Positions 23,120 through 29,154 of a DNA stretch of 29,154 nucleotides are shown here, one piece after another. The notes below the pieces were generated by a model. It had not been told where the DNA came from. It saw only the letters and a list, made by a program, of their open reading frames with translations, and ran no database searches. The position numbers were made by a program, and so were the translations under genes. This stretch comes from a virus (Duplodnaviria; Caudoviricetes): IMG/VR virus record IMGVR_UViG_3300025671_000362, positions 1-29,154 of that record. One strand, 5' to 3'. Position 1 is the first letter of the stretch. Every line of letters begins with the position of its first letter.

Positions 23120-23833
23120 ATGGCAGGCGAAATACAACTTAACAGCACCACGATGGCAACCGAGTCATCAGGTAGCATCACGGCAGAACTGGATACGATC
23201 AGACCGAATTCAACAAACGGTAGTTTAACGTTGCAGGGAGACAGTTCTGATTCTGGTGTGACGGGATTAACGATTGATTCCAGCGGCAATGCTACGTTTG
23301 CTCAGACGATTTCTGGTGGGACGATTGGTAGTGGGGTTGTGTTCCCAACAGGAGTAGTAATTGGAATGGCTTTTTTGGCAGATGTTACAAACGGTACTGG
23401 TGGAGCATCAAGCACTTCTGCTACTTTGCGAAAGTTGAACACAACCATTTTTAGCATTAACTGTCCTGTCACAATTTCGTCTAATGAATTTTCTTTTGAT
23501 GAGATTGGAACCTATGTAATAAATGCAAGCGCACCTGCTTTTGGAGCAAATAGGCATATTTTGCGTTTGAGTGATGATGGGGGATCATCATTTATTGGAG
23601 TTGGTTCACCAGAATATACTGAGACAACTGCTTCTAGTATCTTCGTGACTACAAGATCGTTTTTATGCAAAAACGTTACTGTTGCATCATCTCAGATTAC
23701 TGGTGGCGGATCTCAACGAGATTTTGGGCTTTTTCATATAGTAGATGTTACAGATGCTAATGGCTGGGGTATTAGTAATGATGACACAACGACTGAACAA
23801 TTTTTACAAGTACAAATTTTTCGATTGGCTTAA
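23120..23833 (+). CDS. Distal fibre / receptor-binding-type protein
   Basis: Gly/Ser/Thr-rich N-terminus, beta-rich C-terminal domain (GTYVINASAP); 3' two-thirds looks more AT-rich; sits between the fibre and chaperone genes. Confidence 0.65.
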   Translation: MAGEIQLNSTTMATESSGSITAELDTIRPNSTNGSLTLQGDSSDSGVTGLTIDSSGNATFAQTISGGTIGSGVVFPTGVVIGMAFLADVTNGTGGASSTSATLRKLNTTIFSINCPVTISSNEFSFDEIGTYVINASAPAFGANRHILRLSDDGGSSFIGVGSPEYTETTASSIFVTTRSFLCKNVTVASSQITGGGSQRDFGLFHIVDVTDANGWGISNDDTTTEQFLQVQIFRLA

Positions 23834-23835
23834 CT

Positions 23836-24171
23836 ATGAAACATCCAGATGGCTACTATTACTATCGGTTAGAAACTCGAATCGTTTGTTCGAAAGATCA
23901 GATGCCAAAACACGCAGGTAAGGAGATCTTACCAACAGATCCAGAATTTTCGGATAGATGGGCCACCGAACCAATGCGCCAACTCCGAGAACAACGCAAC
24001 CAACTCTTGGCTGAAACCGATTGGCGGATGGTATCCGATTACCCAGGCTCTAATCAAACGGAGTGGCAGACGTACAGACAAAGTCTTAGGGACATAACAA
24101 CCCAATCACCATCACTTGACGAAAACGGACAACTGACGGGCATCACTTGGCCCACACCACCTAACGATTAA
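23836..24171 (+). CDS. Tail fibre assembly chaperone-like protein
   Basis: LREQRNQLLAETDW...WQTYRQSLRDIT...ITWPTPP. Confidence 0.87.
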   Translation: MKHPDGYYYYRLETRIVCSKDQMPKHAGKEILPTDPEFSDRWATEPMRQLREQRNQLLAETDWRMVSDYPGSNQTEWQTYRQSLRDITTQSPSLDENGQLTGITWPTPPND

Positions 24172-24214
24172 TCAAGGCCGATCCAATGCCAGCAGAACCA
24201 AAACGAGTAACCCG

Positions 24215-24496
24215 ATGGATATAGAATTGATCAAAGAATTATCGAACCTGGGTGGCCTATTCATCGCTCTAATTGGGGCTGGTTGGTACGTCCGGTACAT
24301 CTCTGATCAACATCGGGAAGAACGAAAAATCCTTTATGACAAGGACTCAGTAAACGATGAGGCTCTACGCCAGTTGATGTCTAGTTCCCACAATCAATTA
24401 ATTCAGATAATGACCGGAGTTAATACAACACTAAAAGAGATGACAGTGGCAATTTCGGAATTAAAGCAAACGATAGAACACGGGGAAAGAAGGTGA
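24215..24496 (+). CDS. Putative holin-like membrane protein
   Basis: One N-terminal hydrophobic helix (LGGLFIALIGAGWYV) followed by a coiled coil; upstream of the endolysin. Confidence 0.55.
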   Translation: MDIELIKELSNLGGLFIALIGAGWYVRYISDQHREERKILYDKDSVNDEALRQLMSSSHNQLIQIMTGVNTTLKEMTVAISELKQTIEHGERR

Positions 24497-24798
24497 AACT
24501 CCTGCTCCCCTTGTTCCTCCTCAGTACGACAGCAGTTGCTACAGAATTGGATTACAAGACCCACTTCCTCTTCACCTGGACCAGTAGTTGTGTGCAGAAA
24601 ATCCTTCCAGATTACCAACGACAGGGGATGCCGTACCTGTTCGCAGTCAGCATGGCGAGCCAGGGGTGTGGATGTGTGATTGACGAGTTTCGTAAACATC
24701 ACACCCAAGACCAAGTGCTGGGGTTCAGTGACGAAGAGAGGATGAAAAAATCAATGTACTACACACGGATCTGTGCAGGCGAAATCAAGGAGATGTGA
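24493..24798 (+). CDS. Secreted Cys-containing hypothetical protein
   Basis: Signal-peptide-like MKLLLPLFLLSTTAVA; four Cys (SSC, CGC, RIC). Confidence 0.68.
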   Translation: MKLLLPLFLLSTTAVATELDYKTHFLFTWTSSCVQKILPDYQRQGMPYLFAVSMASQGCGCVIDEFRKHHTQDQVLGFSDEERMKKSMYYTRICAGEIKEM

Positions 24799-25190
24799 TG
24801 TCGGTCAGTGAATCGAAAAATTTTAGTCGTGATGAGTTGAAGTGTAGTTTCTCAGGTGAATGTGAAATCGAGGAAGATGCCCTGCAAAGACTGCAGGCGC
24901 TACGAGATGAATGGGGCAAACCAATGAAACTATCCTCTGCGTACAGATCTGCACAACATCCCAGAGAGAGATTAAAACCAAACGGCCCAGGATACCATCA
25001 CGGGAAAAACGGTAATGGAGGGCAGGCATTCGACTGTCTGATTGCTGGTGAGGATGTTGTCCCGTTTATCGCTCTTGCCATTAAACACGGATTCAAAGGG
25101 ATTGGAGTCTGTCAGTCTCCTAAAACTGAATGGAATCAGAGGTTTATCCATATTGATACACGAGACAAATACGCTTGCTGGAGTTACTAA
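24798..25190 (+). CDS. Peptidase M15 family endolysin
   Basis: NFSRDELKCS, LSSAYRS, H...AFD, GFKGIGV, FIHIDTR; SD AGGAG at 24788-24792 (GTG 24795 is an alternative start). Confidence 0.88.
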   Translation: MSVSESKNFSRDELKCSFSGECEIEEDALQRLQALRDEWGKPMKLSSAYRSAQHPRERLKPNGPGYHHGKNGNGGQAFDCLIAGEDVVPFIALAIKHGFKGIGVCQSPKTEWNQRFIHIDTRDKYACWSY

Positions 25191-25342
25191 TGGAATTCAT
25201 GGAACTGCTGAACTCAGCAATTGAGTCAGGTGGGGTAGAACTGGTCTTGACTGCAATTGGATTACCGATGGCAGCAGCAGGGGTCGGAGTCTACCGCAAG
25301 GTCCGCAAAGCCAAACAACTGAAAGAGAAAATCCTTGGCTAA
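25190..25342 (+). CDS. 50-aa single-pass membrane protein (not in the ORF track)
   Basis: Hand translation MEFMELLNSAIESGGVELVLTAIGLPMAAAGVGVYRKVRKAKQLKEKILG; TAATG coupling to the endolysin; overlaps the next start. Confidence 0.7.
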   Translation: MEFMELLNSAIESGGVELVLTAIGLPMAAAGVGVYRKVRKAKQLKEKILG

Positions 25343-27125
25343 ACAACTTCAGGAGGTTCAGATCCCTCCAGGGTTTGTGGACGGGACTGCGCGAGAGATC
25401 AAGCAAAGATGGCTCAAGGGCAATCTCGTCCGTTTCCGAGATGGACGACTGCGACCCATTGGAGGATGGTCTACTTTCCCTTTGTCGCGGCACTCAGAGA
25501 CTCTGGACTCGGCAGTACGGGGGCATCATGTGTGGCGCAATAACTCAAATGTGGGTTTGTTCGTTTTGGCAACTGCGGGTTCAGGATCTCCGAACTACGG
25601 AAAACTCTATGCTGCCGAGATCGCCAGTGCCGCGAGTTTCACGGATTCCACTGCAGACACGACTGATGGCAGTGCAGACATTACGGTTGACGATGCTACC
25701 TCCTTTGAGGTTGGAGACACAATCACCGGATCAGGCATCCCTGCAGGTTCAACAGTCACAGGGATTTCCTCCAACACTGTCACGATTTCAAACAACTGCA
25801 CAGCAACTGCGACCAACATCACCGTAACCGTCAACCAGACCCAAGCCTATCAACGATTCTACGACATTACCCCAACCGGATACCAGGCATCTGGAGACAG
25901 TGAGTACCGACCAGGTTACGGATATTCCCACTATGGAGACTGGTTTTATGGATACAGTTTCACAGGGCCTGGATCTGTCTCCTTCTCTCGCACAGCACAC
26001 TGGAGTTTCGACAATTTCGGAGAGAATCTGGTGTTTACGCATTCAGGAGACAAGGCCATTGGATACTGGACTGGAGATCCAACGGTAGCTGCAGAAGAGA
26101 TCACAACAGCAAATGGATATACCGAAACTGCCCCCACGGCAGTGGGGGTGCTGGTCACACAGGAAAGGCATGTCCTGGCGTTAGGTGCAGATTCAGATGC
26201 TCGACTAGTCCGGTGGTCGTCTCAGGAAACTGTGGACGAGTGGACTGCAAGCGCAACCAACACTGCAGGCAGTTTACCTCTCCAGACAGAGGGATACATC
26301 GTTGCCGCACGACGGGTTCCCCAAGGAGTAGCGATCTGGACAGACCAGGATGTTCATCTACTGCAGTATCTTGGACCTCCCTTGGTCTACGGCATCAATA
26401 AACTCGCAGACAACGCAGGGGTATACTCGCCCTATGCGATTCACAGTTCCTCAGAGATCACCTGTTGGCTCAATCGAGGTGGGTTCTGGGTCATGGATGG
26501 TCTCGCCAAACCTCTACCCTGTCCAATTCAGGATCGAGTGCTGAGAACCGTGGACTGGTCTCAGGAGGGTTTGATCTACTCAGGCGGGAATGCGGAATTC
26601 GGTGAAGTCTGGTGGTGGTGTCCAAGCACCTCTGGGACAGACGGAGAGTGTGAATACTATGTGGTTTATAATTATCGTGACAATGTCTGGTACGACTCAC
26701 TGAGCACATCAGGAGTCTCTCGGAACTGCTGGATCGATAAAGGGATCTGGCCTGCTCCGGTTGCAGTTGATGCAGGGGATAATACGATCTACCAGCACGA
26801 ATCGACAGATCCCGCACAGACGGAGAACGCAGAGGCAGAAACTGGAGCAATTGACCTGATGCGAGGGGAGAGGTACAGCAGGATTTCCAAGATATTTACC
26901 GACTCAGACCAGCAGGCAGCAGGGGCAATCAATTTCCAGTTCTATACTGCGGCAAGCGGAGATGCTGCGGAGACTACCTCCAGCAGTTATCCATTAGAAA
27001 CCGATGGGGAGATTGATGTGCGACTCCAAGGTAGGCAAGTGAGATACCGAGTGACGGGAGCATTGACTCAGGATTGGACGGTGGGAAACACCCGATTTGA
27101 GACCCATGTCGGAGGTCGCAGATGA
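25335..27125 (+). CDS. Tail nozzle / DNA stabilisation protein (P22 gp10-like)
   Basis: NLVRFRDG..RPIGGW, WSFDNFGENL, RWSSQE...W......TAG, EVWW, YVVYNY...W, RLQGRQ; beta-propeller-like composition. Confidence 0.82.
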   Translation: MAKQLQEVQIPPGFVDGTAREIKQRWLKGNLVRFRDGRLRPIGGWSTFPLSRHSETLDSAVRGHHVWRNNSNVGLFVLATAGSGSPNYGKLYAAEIASAASFTDSTADTTDGSADITVDDATSFEVGDTITGSGIPAGSTVTGISSNTVTISNNCTATATNITVTVNQTQAYQRFYDITPTGYQASGDSEYRPGYGYSHYGDWFYGYSFTGPGSVSFSRTAHWSFDNFGENLVFTHSGDKAIGYWTGDPTVAAEEITTANGYTETAPTAVGVLVTQERHVLALGADSDARLVRWSSQETVDEWTASATNTAGSLPLQTEGYIVAARRVPQGVAIWTDQDVHLLQYLGPPLVYGINKLADNAGVYSPYAIHSSSEITCWLNRGGFWVMDGLAKPLPCPIQDRVLRTVDWSQEGLIYSGGNAEFGEVWWWCPSTSGTDGECEYYVVYNYRDNVWYDSLSTSGVSRNCWIDKGIWPAPVAVDAGDNTIYQHESTDPAQTENAEAETGAIDLMRGERYSRISKIFTDSDQQAAGAINFQFYTAASGDAAETTSSSYPLETDGEIDVRLQGRQVRYRVTGALTQDWTVGNTRFETHVGGRR

Positions 27126-27334
27126 TTCTCCCCAATCCTCCAGGGACGTACCTGCAATCCTATTTTGCACCAATTCTCCAGCAGATTGCCAAGTTACTGA
27201 CGACATCATATCAGAAAAACCAAGACGTAGAATTGAACGCAGATCAACGATTAATCATTGTTTCGCCCAATGGGACCCGTTACCAAATTGAGACGGATAA
27301 CTCAGGGAATCTTTCCACTTCAGTAGTGAGTTAA
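27122..27334 (+). CDS. Small tail-associated hypothetical protein
   Basis: ATGA-coupled; LPNPP..Y N-terminus; LIIVSPNGTRYQIETDNSGNLST C-terminus. Confidence 0.75.
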   Translation: MILPNPPGTYLQSYFAPILQQIAKLLTTSYQKNQDVELNADQRLIIVSPNGTRYQIETDNSGNLSTSVVS

Positions 27335-27338
27335 CCCC

Positions 27339-29154
27339 ATGATTCGACAAGATCAAAATAACACGGGTAGTCAGGTTGGGCAGTATGGGCTGAATCCCAA
27401 TGCGTACCGCACGAACCCAGCAGGGAGGTCTGCTGCTGCAGTTGACCCCTGGACTGCTGCTGCAGGAGTAGGGTTGTTGACGACAGTTCTGGGGCAAGGG
27501 GGTTCACGGTCAGGGAATCAAACGACGACGCAACAGAATCTACCGGACTGGGCGATCCCCTATGCCCAGAACACGATGAATATCGGTTCTCAGTTTACGA
27601 TGAATCCCAACTATCGTCCCACCACTCTGGATCGGGATTATTCTGGGATTCGTGGATATACGGGACCTCCTCCGACAACTCAAGGATCACGGGTTCAAAC
27701 TCAGTCTCCTGTTGGGGTAGATTACGGGCAGGTCTCTGTGCCAGACAATCTGCAGACTGGGCGCACCTCCAGCCGAGGAGGTGGACGACAGAATTCCAAG
27801 GTACTAGAAGAACAAACCCAACTGCTGGAAAACCCTGCAGCGGCAACTCTTCCATCAGGGGATCCTGTCTATATTGGATACGGACGGGATTATGATCCAA
27901 CAAAAATCTACACGGATCTGGAACTGAATGCTCTGGCTCAGTCACCCAGTGGGGAATTCAATTCGTCTCTTTATCAACAACTGCTTGCCTCCCAAACTGC
28001 CTTGAAAAACGCACAGCAGGCAGCATCTAGTCAGGGAACTGACGGAGCTCAAGACGGTGAGGAGGATGCCGTGCCCTTTGGTGACATGCTTACCCCCTTC
28101 TCCGCATACGACCGGCAACGCTTTGCCGCACCGTCTGACCGAACACTGCAGGGTGAGAACCTGCTGGCTGGACGTTATGCTGATCGATTCGGGGCAGATG
28201 GGACAGACACAAATCCATACTCTTCAGCAATCAATGCAGCAAACAGTGCTGCTAGCTATACATCAGGATATTCTCCTGCATTGCTGGATATCACAGGACC
28301 AACAGCAAACTCGTATAGCAATCTAAACTCCGCACTTACGGCAGAAACTTACAGCAATGCCAACAGTGGTCTAACGGGTGCCAAGGACTACAGTCGGGAT
28401 TTCGCTCAGAACCTGGCACAGTTCCAAGATCCCTACACCTCTCAGGTCGTAAATCAGACGATTCAGGATCTGGATCGAGCAAGACGGATCACCAATAATG
28501 ACATCTCTGGAGGTGCTGCAAAGTCAGGAGCATTCGGGGGAAGTCGTGAGGCACTGATGCGGACGGAAAACAACCGCAACTTTGCAGATCGAACTGCCGC
28601 AGCAGTCGGACAGCTCCGGTCCCAAGGGTTCCAGCAGGCCGCAGGCCGTGCCGCACAGGAACAAATGCAGAGGTTGGGATTGACGGCACAGGATACCCAG
28701 AATGTGAGAGGCTACCAGAGTGCTGCCAATCTGCAGGGTCAGGGACTCACAGCACAGGATTCCAGAGATGTTCGTAACCTGATTTCACAGGGTGGGTTGG
28801 CATCTCAGGCGTTGAGTGCTCAGAGTGACCGTGATGCTATGAACTACGCTAATCAGTTGCAGATGCAAGGGAACCAACTAGACGTCGAGCAGGCACGATT
28901 GGCAGAACAGTTTAGGCAGGGTGCTGGTGCCCTCAACCTGCAGGGTGCAGGCGCATTGGGCAACCTACAGCAGATGTCGATAGCAGACGAAAGACAACGG
29001 ATTGCAGATCTACTGGCAGCAGGAGCCGGACAGGATAACCGAAATCAGCAGGATCTCGACTTTATTTACAACGAGTTCCAAAGAGAACTTGGGTATCCAA
29101 TGGATATGATCAATTTGAGGAATGCGGCAATCTCTCCTGCAACGAACAGTGTGG
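27339..29154 (+). CDS. DNA ejection / internal virion protein (partial, runs off the window; not in the ORF track)
   Basis: I read 605 codons from ATG 27339 with no stop. Gly/Ala/Gln-rich; contains TTTQQNLPDWAIPY, FQDPYTSQVV, GAFGGSR, GFQQA and YNEFQRELGYP. Confidence 0.85.
   Translation, partial: MIRQDQNNTGSQVGQYGLNPNAYRTNPAGRSAAAVDPWTAAAGVGLLTTVLGQGGSRSGNQTTTQQNLPDWAIPYAQNTMNIGSQFTMNPNYRPTTLDRDYSGIRGYTGPPPTTQGSRVQTQSPVGVDYGQVSVPDNLQTGRTSSRGGGRQNSKVLEEQTQLLENPAAATLPSGDPVYIGYGRDYDPTKIYTDLELNALAQSPSGEFNSSLYQQLLASQTALKNAQQAASSQGTDGAQDGEEDAVPFGDMLTPFSAYDRQRFAAPSDRTLQGENLLAGRYADRFGADGTDTNPYSSAINAANSAASYTSGYSPALLDITGPTANSYSNLNSALTAETYSNANSGLTGAKDYSRDFAQNLAQFQDPYTSQVVNQTIQDLDRARRITNNDISGGAAKSGAFGGSREALMRTENNRNFADRTAAAVGQLRSQGFQQAAGRAAQEQMQRLGLTAQDTQNVRGYQSAANLQGQGLTAQDSRDVRNLISQGGLASQALSAQSDRDAMNYANQLQMQGNQLDVEQARLAEQFRQGAGALNLQGAGALGNLQQMSIADERQRIADLLAAGAGQDNRNQQDLDFIYNEFQRELGYPMDMINLRNAAISPATNSV

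Larger units (their letters stand above)
1..29154 (+). mobile_element. Tailed dsDNA bacteriophage genome segment (podovirus-like morphogenesis module)
   Basis: Co-oriented, tightly packed replication, terminase, portal, scaffold, capsid, adaptor, fibre, lysis, nozzle and ejection genes. No tape-measure, sheath, integrase or host housekeeping genes seen in the window. Confidence 0.96.

Noticed and set aside
20133-24171. Diversity-generating retroelement or invertible tail-fibre cassette
   Set aside because: No reverse transcriptase, invertase, template/variable repeat pair or flanking inverted repeats seen in the window.
27595-28689. Short ORFs listed in the last 1.8 kb, suggesting a non-coding or degraded region
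   Set aside because: A single plus-strand frame from 27339 is open to the window end; the short ORFs are shadows.

Overview
The whole window is a ~29 kb segment of a tailed dsDNA phage genome with a podovirus-like gene order, resembling uncultured aquatic phages; all credible genes are on the + strand. Gene order: three Cys-rich/zinc-finger genes; a 356-bp structured intergenic region; a replication module (Sak4-like ATPase, SSB, primase-helicase, then an iteron-like TGTAGGC cluster); a PD-(D/E)XK nuclease; terS; a structured spacer; rusA; terL; dCTP deaminase; and a C5 DNA methyltransferase with a nested +1-frame ORF. The portal is flanked by an ADP-ribosyltransferase-like gene and a 742-aa protein with a GNAT-like domain. 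Then come scaffold, major capsid, adaptor, three fibre-like genes sharing an N-terminal anchor motif, a lysis cassette with an M15 peptidase, the tail nozzle, and an ejection protein running off the end. Most notable unexplained signals: (1) two adjacent putative structured RNAs at 1512-1845, one with anti-Shine-Dalgarno-like loops and one pseudoknotted; (2) a TAAT-N4-ATTA / 9-bp-period motif directly upstream of four late-region genes; (3) effector-like genes around the portal sharing terminal [GS]LL motifs; (4) a probable two-frame methyltransferase; (5) strong CTGCAG excess with CGCG depletion. All calls come from reading motifs by eye; no searches or folding programs were run.
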